A stretch of 64,000 nt of DNA from Mustelus asterias. Taxonomy: Eukaryota. The notes under the pieces are model-generated. The model made no database searches. It was given only the letters and a program-made list of their open reading frames with translations, and was not told where the DNA came from. The stretch is taken from contig NW_027590162.1 of the NCBI RefSeq assembly GCF_964213995.1, positions 1 through 64,000 of the forward strand, given 5' to 3'. The stretch's first letter is position 1, and each line of letters starts with the position of its first letter. The translations under genes and the position numbers were made by a program. Positions 25,421-40,188 of this stretch are shown here, piece after piece.

Positions 25421-26185
25421 TTATAAACTGACAGCTCCTCTGATTGGCCGCTGCTCTATTCACCTCATTTGCCTATATTCTTCACCAATCAGCTCACTGG
25501 AAACAGAAGAGGGCGGGATTTCCCCACAACAACCGGTCGAAGCAGAGAATTTGTCCATTTCCAAAAGCCCGCCAATTTCATTGTGGGAAAGGAGCGAATT
25601 CAAATCAATGTCGTCCTTAGTCAGAGATTTCAATCCCTTCTATTGATTTGCTTTTATTCAGCTCTTCCCGTCACCAATCGCAGGCGCGGCTATAACATTT
25701 TCTTTCAATGTGCTTCATTCTCCTATCGCTTTCTAACTGTCCCGGGCGGGAATCAATCCCTGTTCACAGCATTCCCAGAAGGAAAACACTCCGTTTCGTC
25801 TTCAATCAGAACCCAGTGTCTTTCACTGAAAACAGGGAGTCGGATCGAGTCCTCACACTGTCCTTATTCCGCTCTGTAATAATCCCACTCCGGACTGTTA
25901 CCCTGCGGAGAATTACTGTGAATAAAATGATGAATCAATGAACATTTCAGGAATTGAGAGAAGGGACCGTTACAGCTAAAAACAGCCGCTAATGAGGTCA
26001 TTTAGGAGCTGTGAAAATAACAGAATAACAGCTTTCAGCACAAAGTGAAGGCAGCTGAGTGAATTCTGGGTCAGTGTTTGGATTACAGGACAGGAGACAC
26101 AAACAGCAGTGGAAGTTATTCGATTTTACATTCTTATCATCGAACAGGAAGGTGCCGGTACAGCTTTTTCACAGAGATTGTGGGT

Positions 26186-26201
26186 GGCTCTTAAAAGAGC
26201 C
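26186..26201 (-). promoter_or_regulatory. Histone 3' stem-loop (H2B copy 1)
   Basis: GGCTCTTTTAAGAGCC ACCCA; HDE AAAAAGCTG about 16 nt further. Confidence 0.92.
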
Positions 26202-26238
26202 GTTGTGTTTGGGATGTTTTTTCAGTCCATGGGACGTT

Positions 26239-26625
<387 letters not shown>

Positions 26626-26670
26626 CTTCAATTTCACACAGAAATAAAGCAAACCCCTTCCGCGCGCTGA

Positions 26671-26822
26671 TTAAATAGACAGTCCCACAGAACTATGCTA
26701 ATGAGGAATTGGGAAAGCAATGATTGTGATTGGACATTTTGAAAGTTATTACAGTCACTTATCAGGGGTTCATTTGAGTGAATATGTTAATAGACCAATC
26801 AGATTGAAGCCTTTCCGCCAAT
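26671..26822 (-). promoter_or_regulatory. H2B promoter: TATTTAA, octamer variant ATTAGCAT, CCAAT boxes
   Basis: TATTTAA 26671-26677; ATTAGCAT 26695-26702; same layout at 62890-62921. Confidence 0.75.
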
Positions 26823-26992
26823 CACAAGCCTCCTTACTACAGTCAGGAAATACATTTGACAAAGAATCTCTCCAGGACCAGTTTTTCAGATGCACCGGGA
26901 AATGTCGCCTGGCTGTCGGTGTGAGGGACCCTTCTCCTCAGAAGGACTGTGCGGGAGTGTGGGTTCCTTCCGGAACAGTGAATCTCTGGGAA

Positions 26993-28584
26993 TGTGTGTG
27001 AGTGTGGGATTTACTCACTCTATGATGCAGTGTGTGAGTGTAGGATTTACTCACTCTCTGATACAGTGTGAGTGTGGGATTTACTCACTCTCTGATACAG
27101 AGTGTGAGTGTGGGATTTACTCACTCTCTGATACAGTGTGAGTGTGGGATTTACTCACTCTCTGATACCGTGTGTGAGTGTGGGATTTACTCACTCTGAT
27201 ACAGTGTGAGAGTGTGGGATTTACTCACTCTGATACAGGGTGTGTGTGTGTGGGATTTACTCACTCTCTGATACAGTGTGTGTGTGTGTGTGGGATTTAC
27301 TCACTCTCTGATACAGTGTGTGTGTGTGGGATTTACTCACTCTCTGATACAGTGTGTGATTGTGGGATTTACTCACTCTGATACAGTGTGTGTGTGTGTG
27401 GGATTTACTCACTCTCTGATACAGTGTGTGAGTGTGGGATTTACTCACTCTCTGATACAGTGTGTGTGTGTGGGATTTACTCACTATCTGATACAGTGTG
27501 TGTGGGATTTACTCAGTCTCTGATACAGTGTGTGAGTGTGGGATTTACTCACTCTCTGCTACAGTGTGTGTGTGTGGGATTTAGTCACTCTCTGATACAG
27601 TGTGAGAGTGTGGGATTTACTCACTCTCTGACACAGTGTCAGTGTGGGATTTACTCACTCTATGATACAGTGTGTGAGCGTGGGATTTACTCACTCTCTG
27701 ATACAGTGTGTGAGTGTGGGATTTACTCACTCTCTGATACAGTGTGAGAGTGTGGGATTTACTCACTCTCTGACACAGTGTCAGTGTGGGATTTACTCAC
27801 TCTATGATACAGTGTGTGAGCGTGGGATTTACTCACTCTCTGATACCGTGTGTGAGTGTGGGATTTACTCACTCTGATACAGTGTGAGAGTGTGGTATTT
27901 ACTCACTCTGATACAGTGTGTGTGTGTGGGGGATTTACTCACTCTCTGATACAGTGTGTGTGTGTGGGATTTACTCACTCTCTGATACAGTGTGTGTGTG
28001 TGGGATTTACTCACTCTCTGATACAGTGTGTGAGTGTGGGATTTACTCACTCTGATACAGTGTGTGTGTGTGTGTGATTTACTCACTCTCTGATACAGTG
28101 TGTGAGTGTGGGATTTTCTCACTCTCTGATACAGTGTGTGTGTGTGGGATTTACTCACTCTCTGATACAGTGTGAGAGTGTGGGATTTACTCACTCTCTG
28201 ATACAGTGTGTGTGGGATTTACTCACTCTCTGATACAGTGTGTGAGTGTGGGATTTACTCACTATCTGATACTTTGTGAGTGTGGGCTTTACTCACTCTC
28301 TGATACAGTGTGAGTGTGGGATTTACTCACTCTCTGATACAGTTTGTGTGTGTGGGATTTAGTCACTCTCTGACACAGTGTGTGAGTGTGGGATTTACTC
28401 ACTCTCTGATACAGTGTGTTTGTGTGGGATTTACTCACTCTCTGATACAGTGTGTGTGTGGGATTTACTCACTCTGATACAGTGTGTGTGTGTGGGATTT
28501 AGTCACTCTCTGACACAATGTGTGAGTGTGAGATTTACTCACTCTGATTCAGTGTGTTTGTGTGGGATTTACTCACTCTCTGAT
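26993..28584. repeat. Minisatellite, about 32-36-bp unit, roughly 45-50 copies
   Basis: Unit GTGTGAGTGTGGGATTTACTCACTCTCTGATACA with variable GT tract. Confidence 0.97.
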
Positions 28585-28664
28585 GCTGTCTGTGCGATTT
28601 ATTTTATCATTCTCAGTACCTTGGAATCTTTCAAACCAATTCTGCATCTGATTATCCTCTGTGC

Positions 28665-29020
28665 TGTCTGGGAGAGTGGGATTCAATCTGTCAGTCGGTG
28701 GTACTCTTTCTGAGAGTGGGATTAATTCTGTCAATTGGTGATACTCTATGTGAGAGTGGGATTCATAATTTCACATGGTGGTACTGTATGTGACATTGGG
28801 GGTACTGTATGTGACATTGGGATTAATTCTGTCAGTCGGTGGTGCTGTGTGTGACATTGGGATTAATTCTGTCAGTCGGTGGTGCTTTGTGTGAGAGTGG
28901 GATTAATTCTGTAAATCGGTGGTGCTGTGTGCGAGAGTGGGATTAATTCTGTCAGTCGGTGGTGCTGTATGAGAGATTGGGATTAATTCTGTTAGTTAAT
29001 GGTGGTGTCTGTGAGAGTGT
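28665..29020. repeat. Related minisatellite, about 40-bp unit, about 9 copies
   Basis: GTGAGAGTGGGATTAATTCTGTCAGTCGGTGGTGCTGTAT repeated. Confidence 0.85.
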
Positions 29021-30694
29021 AATTAGAACTGGGCCCTATTCCTGTGAATTAATAAAAAAACTCATCTCCTGCAGCCACCAGTGATCACTGACCCTCTGGA
29101 TGTTTGTCCAGGATTTACATCCTGAATTTGGAAAATGATGTTTGAATCCAAGCAAACCACAGCAGCTCCTCAGAATTAAAAGAAGGAAACTGAACCCAAA
29201 CTTGTGAATTGCTCATTTCAGAAGTTGAATCAAATGAAAACACTTATATTTCAATCGGAGAATTGGATTGGGGACCAGACAGCTCAGGACAACTAAATCT
29301 GAGAATGGAAAGGGTAATGAAGAAGAGAATTGGAGCTGACTGCAGTGGGATAGATCCTAAGATACAACAAAGGATTGATTAAAGCTGTTTTGTAACAGTA
29401 TTGCTGAATGAAGCTGATGTCGAGTTATCAATATTGTTTTTGAAACAAGCTGTCAGCAGCATTGCCTTAGACAATGAACCCTGCGAAGCATTGATTTTGA
29501 GGGGATATGATTGGTGTTTATGAAGGGAACACATTCTTTCCGTGTGGATCGATTATTTTAGTTTGATGGGCACGAGAGACACAGAAAAAGGAGAAATTAA
29601 CAGAAAAGAGAAATAAAAACAAGGCTCTAAGGACGTGATGGGTGAGTGGGAGTAGCTGAGTTGCTTTTGAATAGGGTAGGTACAGATCAATGGGCAGACT
29701 GGTCTCTTTGTGTGCTTTACCCATTCTATAACTGCTAAACAAAAAAGAGACAGCCTGTTGAAGCTTCTGATTTTGCACTCATAAGAACAAATGCAAGAAT
29801 GCCAAATGTCAAAGGGAGGAACAAGTGCTGGAAAAAAAGGATGCTGATCGTTGACAAGTGAACTCTAATTGGTCAAGACGTTGTCATGGGGAGGGCACAA
29901 AGAAAACTTAGCCCTGTATATTTCTGTTCAATTCAACATAGGCACAATGCCTGGACACGTTCTAATTTTAATTCTAATTTTTGCCTTGTATTAAATCACT
30001 TTCTGTGTGAGCACAATTGTGGAGGATCATGCATCTTTTCATCTAACACGCCATTGTTAAGTAAAGGTAAGTGTAATTCACATTTTAATAATCAAATTGA
30101 TGCCTTCATCATTCACTCTGTTTGGGAGAACTTTATACTTGAATGTTGAACTCAGTTTGACTGAGAATTATTACAATTTCTACCCTCCGCGTATAAGTCA
30201 GGTATGTGATCTGTATCTCAGTTTGCACCAATTTATATGTATCCTTATTACAATAATCAGTGTGTGTCTCAGATTATACTATCATTCAGTTCTATCTGGT
30301 ATTCAATTGAATTGCAACTAAGGCTACAATATTGTAGGACTGACACACTGACAATCTGATAGCGGGTGAGAATTTGGACTGGGATTTATGTATCTACCTG
30401 TCAGTGGTACTGACTTGGGATGACATGGAAACAATGTCTGTCTCTCCTGCTCTGATTGATTGTTGGATTGAAAATGTGTCTCTGCAACCGGTTCTGCTGC
30501 CTGAGACTGTGGAACTGATGCACTCTGAGAGAGAACAGACATACTGTGTGTGAGGAGCTCGCTGCACTGTTCATTGCGACTCAGGTGAGGAAACTTCAAA
30601 CTAACCTTGATTGATTCAATGATTTGCCAGTCAGGAATAATTTACTCATTGTAGCCCAATTACAGGTGAGGGAATAATACACAGCCCTTTTTCA

Positions 30695-33600
30695 ATTTGA
30701 TTTACTGTTGTCACATGTATTGGCATACTGTGAAAAGTATTTTTTTTTGTGCGCTATACAAGCAAAGCATACCATTCATAGAGTACATGGGGAGAAAGAA
30801 ATGACAGAGTGCAGAATGTAGTGTTACATTCATAACTAGTCTGTAGCGAAAGATCAATATAAGGCAGGTCCATTCAAAAGTCTGATGGCAGCAGGGAAGA
30901 TGCGGTTCTTGAGTTGGTTGGTACATGATCTCAGACATTTGTATCTTTTTCCTGCTGGAAGAAGGTGGAAGAGAGTATGTCCGGGGTGCGTGGGGGTCTT
31001 TGATGATGCTGGCTGCTTTTCTGACGTGATGGGAAGTGCAGACGGAGTCAATGGATGGGAGGGTGGTTTGTGTGATGGACTGGGCTACTATAAGAACTGT
31101 TCGTAGTGTAAGGCGGTCTTGGTAAGAGCAGGAGCCATACCAAGCTGAGATACATCTGGAAAGGGTATTTTCTTTGGTGCATCTGTAAAACCTGGTGAGA
31201 GTCAGAGCGGAAATGCTGAATTTCCTCAGTCTCCTGAGAAATTAGAGGTCTTACTTAACTATAGTGTCAGGGTGGAAGGACCAGGACAAGTTATAGGTGA
31301 TCTCAACACCCAGAAACCTGAAGCTCTCAACAATTTCCATTTCATCCCCATTGATGTAGACAGGGGCATGTCATCCACTATGCTTCCTGAAGTTAATGAC
31401 AATCCCCTTTGTCTGGTTGACATTGAGGGAGAGATTATTGCCGTCTCACTAATTTACCAGATTCTCTGTCTCATTCCTGTAGTCCGTCTCATCATTGTTT
31501 GAGCTCCGATCCACTATGGTGGTATCATCAGCAAACTTGAAAATAGATTTGAAGCGGAATTTGGCCACACAGTCATAAGGGGAGAAGGAGCATCGTAAGG
31601 GGTTGAGGATACAGCCTTGTGGGGCACTGGTGTTGAGAATAATCGTGGAGAAGGTGTCGTTGCTTATCTTTACTAATTGCGGTCTGTGGGTTAGGAAGTC
31701 TAGGATCCAGTCACAGAGGGAGGAGCCAAACCCGAGCCATGGAGTTTGAAGATGGGTTTTGTGGGAATAATGGTGTTGAAGGCTGAGCTGTAATCAATAA
31801 ATGGGAATCTGACATGAGTCTTTATTATCCAGGTGTTCCAGGGTTGAGTGTACGGTCAGGAAGATGGCATCGACAGTGGACCTGTTGTGGCAGTAGGTGA
31901 ACTGTAGTGGATCCAGGCAATCTGGGAGGCTGGAGTTGATCCGTGCCATGACTAACCTTTCGAAGCACTTCATAATGATGGATGTCAGAGCTACCAGGCA
32001 ATAGTCATGAAGGCACTATGCCTGGCTTTTCTTTGGTACACGGATGATGTCATCTTCTTGAAGCAGATAGGGACCTCAGATTGGTGGAAGGAGAGGTTAA
32101 AGATGTCTGCGAATACCCCTGCCAGCTGGTCCACGCAGGATCCGAGTGCCTGTCCCCGTACCCCATCCAGGCCAGTAGCCTTCCGTGGGTTGACTTTCAA
32201 GAAGGCTGATCTGAAGTCTGTGATGGTGACCTCGGATACAGGTTCGGCCAAGGCTTTCAGAGTGGAGGGCATCCTTTCTCTTCCTCAAAACAGACATAGA
32301 ATGCATTGAGCTCATCAGGGAGAGGGGCATTGTCGCTGGCAATTCTACATTCCTTCATCTGGTAGCCTGTTATTTCTTTCAGACCTTACCATAAACGGTG
32401 GGAGTACATGTGGCGAGCCAAGGACTCTAGCTTGGTCCGGTACTGGCACTTGGCATCTTTGATGGTTCCCTGTAAATCATATCTGGATTTCTTTACAGTT
32501 CAGGGTCCCCTGACTGGAACCCCTCGGACCTGGACTTCAGGAAGCAGTGGATATCCCTGTTCATCCATGCTTTCCGGTTGGGAAAAACATGGATTTGCTT
32601 CTTTGGCTCAGTCTTCTATGCAATTACTAATGAAGTCAGTTACTGTAGTGACGTACTCATTCAGGGTGCTTGCAGAGTTTTTAAATATTGACCAGTGCAT
32701 TGACTCGAAGCAGTCACGTAGGAGATCATCCGATTCCTCAGACCAACAATGCGTGACTTTCTTTAATCGGATTCTCCTGCTTCAGTTTTTTGCTTGTAAG
32801 CTGGGAGCAGGAGCACAGCCTTGTGATCTGATTTGCCAAAGTTTGGGCGGGTGATAGAACGATAGGCATGTTTGACTTTTGTGTAACAGTGGTCGAGGAT
32901 GTTTGGGCCTCTGGTGGGACAGGTGACATGTTGGTAGTACCTTGGTAAGACACTCTTGAGATTGGCCTGGTTGAAGTCCCCGGCCTCGATGAACAAGGCC
33001 TCGGGATATTTTGTCTCAAGGCTGTTTGTGGTGGTAGATATTTCATCCAGCGCGACCTTCATGTCTGCCTGGGGTGGAATGTAAACTGCTGTCAGGATAA
33101 CAGAGGTGAACTCCCGTGGAAGGTTGTCGGGGCAGCATTTCAGCGTCAGGTATTCTAGGTCCGAGGAGCAGAAACTCGCCAGTGTTGTGACACCGGAGCA
33201 CCAAGAGGTGTTGATTAGAAGGCAGACGCCACCTGCGCAAGCCTTATCTGAGGCCGCTGTACGGTCCATTCGGTGGATGGAGAAGCCCTGAGGTTGTAGG
33301 GCACTGTCCGGTGAAGCAGGTGTGGTCTGTGTCTCCGTGAAACAGAGCACACAGCAGTCTCTCAGTTCCCTTTGAAAAGTGAGTCTGGTTTTAAGTTCAT
33401 CGAGATTGTGTTCCAGAGATTGAACATTTGCCAGGAGTAAGCTGGGGAGGGGGGCCTTGGAACCACATTGTTTCAGTCTCACCTGCAAGCCTGCGCGTTT
33501 CCCACGCTTCCTGGGGTGGCTGCTTCCTGTCGTGCCTGTGAGACGGTGTTTAGTCTGTGGGATCAAGGGTGTAGCTGTATCCTGTTTCCGCTTTGGTTGG

Positions 33601-33890
33601 TGTGTGGGTGGAGGATTTGTTGCCATGGTCACGGTTCCTGCGTCGGCAGTCGGGTCTGAGCGGTCGGGAGTTCCGGGTCGCTGTCGGGCTGCGGTTTGAG
33701 TTTGGACGGTGTTCACACCACACTCCGGCATGGACGGGCTGAAGGCCGGTTAGTGGATGGGGTCTCTGGAGTCACAGCTGGGTCCACGTGTTCGGGTTCT
33801 CCGGGTCACCGCCAGGTCAGGGTCTTCCTTCCGAGGTCAGAGGATCTCTGGCCTTGCAAATAAATTTAAAAGAGCAGTTTTAGTAATTTA
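30695..33890 (-). mobile_element. Degraded near-full-length Rex1/Babar-type LINE
   Basis: ORF 32763..33731 APE endonuclease (LPSLLLANVQSL, CFTET, GDFN, LDHCY, SDH); RT remnants 31991..32272; AATCA-type tail. Confidence 0.85.
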
Positions 33891-34309
33891 TAAATCTCAC
33901 TACATAATCATAATGAACAGCCACAAAGGAACCCCAGTGATACAAACATTGTCAATGTGTGACTGCAGTCCTTAGTGTCTGCGTACGAGATGCATGATCA
34001 GTGGCGGTAGGCGCTACAACAATTCAATGACATTCAGATAGAACTGAAACCCTGCACTGCTCCATGAATGGGATAACCGGATGGAGCAGGGACATTTGTA
34101 ATGTTCATGTTTCCATTCATTGCTCCGGTGTGATTAACCAGATCGTAATCAAAACCAAACAGTCTCTGTTTAAAATGTGTCCATCCTCGTTCTCACCTGG
34201 TGCCTGCAAGAGCTGCTCTTTGTCTAACTCCCCACATCCTGACTGTCTGCCTCTGCTTCCAATCTTCACTGTCCAATAACAACAAACCAGGGGAGACTGG
34301 AATTAGAGT

Positions 34310-34900
34310 CATTACCGTATGGAAGGAGGCCATTCGCCACATCCAGTCCATGCTGGTTCTCCGTGGAGCAATCCAGTCAGTCCCATTCTCCTGCTCTATC
34401 CCCATCGCCCGACAAGTTTATTTCCCTCAAATGTCCCTCCAAATTCCTCTTTGAAATAATTCATCATCTCGGCTTCCAACCTCAGAGACAGCAACTTCCA
34501 GGTTGTCACTCGCTGCATGAGAAGTTCTTCCACACATCCCCCCAGTGTGTCTTCCAAAACCTTCAACTTGTGCCCCCTAGTCCTTATACTATCAGTGAAT
34601 GGAATCAGCTTTTCTTTGTCTACCTGAACCACACCAGCCATAATCCTGTCCACCTCTATCAGATCTCTCTCTCAATCTGCCTTGCTCCAAAAAGATCAAC
34701 CCCAGCTTCTATAACCTAACTTTGTGGCTAAAATCCCTCATTGCTGAAACCATTCTGGTCAATCTCCTCTGCACCCGCTGAACCACCGTCACATGTTTCC
34801 TCAAGTGTGCTGAGCAGAACTGGACTCAATGCTTCAGCTGTGATCCAATCAGAGTTTTCTAAAGGCTCAGCATAACTTGCATGATTCTGTACTCAATGCC
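34310..34900 (-). mobile_element. Old CR1 3' fragment
   Basis: ORF 34396..34653 TRGHKLKV...QRV remnant. Confidence 0.6.
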
Positions 34901-35016
34901 TGTGTCCTCATGGAGAGGGTCACTCATGTGGACGAGGAGGGTTTGAACTAAACTGGCACGGGATGGGCACCATTATATAGAAGTGGAAAAGAGGAATATC
35001 TGGAGAAAGAAAAAGA

Positions 35017-36656
35017 AAATCACCGGCTCCAACGCACGCCTCCCTGATGAGCTCAATGCATTCTGTGCCCGCTCTGAGCAAGAGGTCAGCGAGAGCACGC
35101 CCTCCACCCTGGAAGCCTGAGATGAATCTGTATCCGAGGTCACCATTGCAAATGTCAGAGCAGCTTTCTCAAAGGTCAACCCAAGGAAAGTGACTGCCTT
35201 GGATGGGGTACCCAGACGAGCACTCAGATCCTGCATGGATCAGCTGGCGGGGGGATTCGCAGACATCTTCAACCTCTTTTTACAACAATCTCAGGTCCCT
35301 ACCTGCTTCAAGACGACGACCATCATCCCAGTACCAAAGAAAAGCTAAGCAGCGTGCCTCAATGACCATTATCCAGTGGCTCAGACATCCATCATTAGGA
35401 AGTGCATCGAAAGATTAGACATGGCACAAATCAATTCCAGCCTCCCAGACTATCTGGATCCACTACAGTTCGCCTACCAGCGCAACAGTACACAGCAAAC
35501 ACCATCTCCCTGCCCCTGCACTCAGCCCTGGAACACCTAGATAACAAAGAGACTTACAGCAGACTTCTATTTATTGACTACAGCTCAGCCTTCAACACCA
35601 ATATTCATCTCCAAACTCCGTGGCCTGGACCTCGGCTCCTCTCTCTGCGACTGGATACTGAACTTCATAACCCACAGACCACAATCAGAAACGATAAGAA
35701 CAACACCTCCTTCACGATCATCCCCAACACTGGTGCCCCACAAGGCTGTGTTCTCAGCCCCCTACTATACTCCTGAGACACCTGTGACTGTGTGGCCAAA
35801 TTCCCCTCCAATTCGATTTTCAAGTTTGCTGACGACACCACCGCAGTGGGCCAGATCGCAAACAATGATGAGAGAGTTCAGGAACGAGATAGAGAATCTG
35901 GTGAACTGATGCGGTGACAATAATCTGTCCCCCAATGTCAACAAAATGAAGTAGATTGTCATCTACTTCAGGAAGCATAAGAGAGAACATGCCCCTGTCT
36001 ACATTAACGGGGACGAAGTAGAAATGGTGGAGAGCTTCATGTTTTTAGGTGTCCAGGTCACCAACAACCTGTCCTGGTTCCCCCCCCCCCATGCCGACAC
36101 TATAGTTAAGAAAGCCCCACCAACACCTCTACTTTCTCAGAAGACTAAAGAAATTTAGCATATCAGCTACGACTCTCACCAACTGTTAGAGATGCACCAT
36201 AGAAAGCATTATTTCTGGTTGTATCACAACTTGGTTTGGCTCCTGCTCTGCCCAAGACTGCAAGAAACTACAAAATGTTGTGAATGTAGCCCAATCCATC
36301 ACGCAAACCAGCCTCCCATTCATTGACTCTGGATACACTTCCTGCTGCCAGCCAGCAGAATTCAGGACCCCACTCACCCCGAACATTATCTCTTCCACCT
36401 TCTTCCATTGAGAAAAAGATAGAAAAGTCTGAGGTTACGTACCCACTGACTCAAGAACAGTTTCTTCCCTGCTGCTGCCAGACTTTTGAATGGACCTACC
36501 TTGCATTAAGTTGATCTTTCTCTACACCCTAGCTATGACTACATTCTGCACTCTCTCCTTTCCTTCTCTATGAAAGGTATGCTTTGTCGATATAGCGCGC
36601 AAGAAACAGTAATTTTCACTGTATACTCATACACGTGAAAATAATAAATCAAATCA
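35017..36656 (+). mobile_element. 5'-truncated Rex1/Babar-type LINE
   Basis: [32 protein letters not shown] remnants; AATAAATCAAATCA tail. Confidence 0.85.
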
Positions 36657-36740
36657 TATAAGGTAGGAGTATATGAAGAAGGAATCTCAGTGGAATACAA
36701 GGATAGGTTTGGAAAGCATGTGTGTAATCACACAAAGTGT

Positions 36741-37645
36741 CATAGAGTCAGAGGTTTACAGCAGGGAAACAGGCCCTTTGGCCCAACTGGTCCATGCCAC
36801 CCCGTTTTTTAACCCCTAATCTCGTCCCAATTGCCTGCATTTGGTCCATATCCCTCTATACCCATCTTACCCATCTAACTGTCTAAACACTTCTTAACAG
36901 ACAAAATTGTACCCACCTCTACTACTACTTCTGGCAGCTTGTTCCAGACACATACCACCCTCTGGGTGAAAGAATTGCCCCTCTGGACACTTTTATATCT
37001 CTCCCCTCTCACCTTAAACCTATGCCCTCTCGTTTTAGACTCCCCTACATTTGGGAAAAGATATCGACTATCTAGCTGCTCTTTGCCCCGCATTATTTTA
37101 TAACACTCTATAACATCACCCCTCAGCCTCGTACGCTTCAGAGAAAAAAGTCCCAGTCGATCCAGCCTCTCCTTATAACTCAAACCATCAAGTCCCGGTA
37201 GCATCCTATAAATTTTTTCTGCACTCTTTCTTATTTAATAATATCCTTTCTATAATGTGACCAGAACTATACACAGTATTCCAAGTGTGGCCTGATCAAT
37301 GTCTTGTACAACTTCAACAAGACATCCCAACTCCTGTATTCAATATTCTGACCAATGAAACGAAGCATGCTGAATGTCTTCTTCACCATTCTGTCCACCT
37401 GTGTCTTCACTTTCAAGGAGCTATGAATCTGTACCCCGAGATCTCTTTGTTCTATAACTCTCCCCAACGACCTACTATTAACAGAGTAAATCCTGCCCTG
37501 GTTCGATCGACCAAAATGCATCACCTTGCATTTGTCCAAATTAAACTCCATCTGCCATTCGTCAGCCCACTGGCCCAATTGATCACAATACTGTTGCAAT
37601 CCTAGATAACCTTCTTCACTGTCCACTATGCCAGCAATCTTGGTA
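36741..37645 (-). mobile_element. CR1 3' fragment
   Basis: ORFs 37267..37680 and 36875..37204. Confidence 0.85.
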
Positions 37646-38211
37646 GCATAGTGGACAGTGTAGTGAATACATAGGAACACAAGAGAGTGTCAATGTTGTA
37701 AATGCGGTCTGGAAATGGAGAACACCGGGCAATTATTATTCAATACAATGTGAACAGAATAGAGAGAAGGGTAAAAGGTAGGTGTGGTGAGAAGGAAATA
37801 GAGCAGCAAATCTATGGGCAGATCATTCATTGTAGATACAGAATTAATTCCATTCTCACACAGACTGACAGGGAGCTTGACCACATGATCCAAGTGTCTG
37901 GAGGTGGTCACTTGAGTAACAGTGATCATTGTATCACAAGCTTGATATTAGCAAGGAACAATCTAAAGTAGCACTTCTGAATGGGAAGAGGACTAACCTC
38001 AATGGGAGGAGCTGGGATTGAGCCAGAGTAAACTGGAGCCAAAATCTGACAGGAAAAACTGTAACAGAACAATGGGTGATCTTTCAGGAGATGTTTCAGG
38101 TACAGACTCGGTACATTCTAATCAGGGTGAAAGGGAGGGGAACCAAAGCCAGGGCTCCTTGGAGGATGAGGAAGATAGAAAGTATAATGAAACAATGAAG
38201 AGGCCATTTGA

Positions 38212-39625
38212 TTTAGTTTTTTGAAGGGGTAACCAAGAAGGTAGATGAGGGCAGTGCAGTTGATGTTGTCTACATGGACTTTAGCAAGGCCTTTGACAAG
38301 GTACCACATGGTAGGTTGTTGCATAAGGTTAAATCTCACGGGATCTACGGTGGTTGCAGAGAGTTGTTTTTCAAACTGGAGGCCTGTGACCAGCGGTGTG
38401 CCTCAGGGATCTGTGCTGGGTCCACTGTTATTTGTCATTTCTCTTAATGATTTGATGAGAATATATGAGGAATGGTTAGTAAGTTTGCAGATGACACTAT
38501 GATTGGTGGCAGAGTGGACAGTGAAGAAAGTTATCTCCAATTGCACGGGGATCTTGATCATTGGACCAGTGGGCTGACGAATGGCAGATGGAGTTTAATT
38601 TACACAAATGTGAGGTGATGCATTTTGGTAGATTGAACCAGGGCAGGACTGACTCAGTTAATAGTAGGGCGTTGGGGAAAGTTACAGAACAAAGAGATTT
38701 AGGGGTACATGTTCATAGCTCCTTGAAAGTGGAGTCACAGGTGGACAGAGTGGTGAAGAAGGCATTCGGCATGCTTGGTTTCATTGGTCAGAACACTGAA
38801 TACAGGACTTGGAATGTCTTGTTGAAGTTGTACAAAACATTGGTAAAGCCACACTTGGAATACTGTGTACGATTCTGGTCACCCTGTTATAGAAAGGATA
38901 TTATTAAACTCGAAAGAGAGCAGAAAATATTTACTGGGATGCTACAGGGACTTGATGGATTGAGTTATAAGGGGAGGCTGGATAGACTGGGACTTTTTCC
39001 TCTGGAGCGTAGGAGGTGATCTTATAGAGGTCTATAAAATAATGAGGGGCCCAGATCAGCTAGATAGTCTATATCTTTTCCCAAAGGTAGGGGAGTCGAA
39101 AACTAGAGGGCATAGGTTTAAGGTGAGAGGGGAGAGATACAAAAGTGTGCAGAGGGGCAATTTTTTCACACAGAGGATGGTGAGTGTCTGGAACAAGCTG
39201 CCACTGGTAGTAGTAGAGGCGGGTACAATTTTGTCTTTTAAAAAGCATTTAGACAGTTACATGGGTACAATGGGTATAGAGGGATATGGGCCAAATGCGG
39301 GCAATTGGGATTACCTTGAGTTTTTTTTTAAAAAGGGCGGCATGGACAAGTTTGGCTGAAGGGCCTGTTTCCATGTTGTAAACGTCTCCAATTTAAGATG
39401 GAGATTAGGAGGAATTACTTATTTTAAGGGAACCTTAATTTTTGTCATTGAATAGATTCAATCTTGAGTTAGACAGATTTTTGAGCTACAAGAGAATCAA
39501 GGGTTATGGGGACAGGCACTGAAGTGGAGTGGAGGCCACAATCAGATCAGCCATGATCTTACTGAATGGCAGAACAGGCCTGATGGGCTGAATGGCCTTC
39601 TCCTGCTCCTTTTTCTTATGTTCTG
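38212..39625 (+). mobile_element. CR1 3' fragments
   Basis: ORFs 38245..38502, 38561..39019, 39042..39359, then an older CR1 3'UTR. Confidence 0.85.
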
Positions 39626-40188
39626 ATAGTGTGTGTGTGGGACTAACTCCTTTTCTCAGTCTCTGTTACAGTTTTCAGTGTGGAATTAACTCAGTCTGAT
39701 CCTGCATTTCAATGTGGAATTGATTCTCTGTCCAACACTTATTGTATGTGAGTGTGCAATGTTTCTTTAACTGTACAAGACACAGTTAATGATCTTTGAT
39801 CAGAAGTGTTTTGACCCTACTGCTCTCAAATTTACTCAGAATTAAACCCATCACTTTCTCCTGCTACTACACACCAAAGTCACCCAAACAAAAACATACC
39901 TTCACAGAAACTGAGGGGCCGAATTCCAAAACCAACATCCAGCTTGATTCAAAATCGCTCTTAATTTGTCTATTTCAGGCCTCAGTTTTCTGAGCAACAG
40001 CTGCAATAATTCACAGGTGAAATCATGTGGACGCTGGACATCTGAAACAAGGTGTAAATTCTGGAATACACAACAGGTCAGGCAGCATCTGTGGAGAGAG
40101 AAACAGAGTTCATGTTTCAGCTCACTGACAATCAGCCTACAATAAACTACTTGCTGATATCTGCTCGTGGCAGCCACAGTTCCCACAT

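Noticed and set aside
26993-28584. CRISPR-like array or Cys-rich protein ORFs
   Set aside because: Units are head-to-tail with only GT-length variation, no unique spacers and no cas genes; the ORFs are translations of the minisatellite
29110-29520. Possible decayed exon
   Set aside because: Multiple stops in the frame examined and no family I can identify
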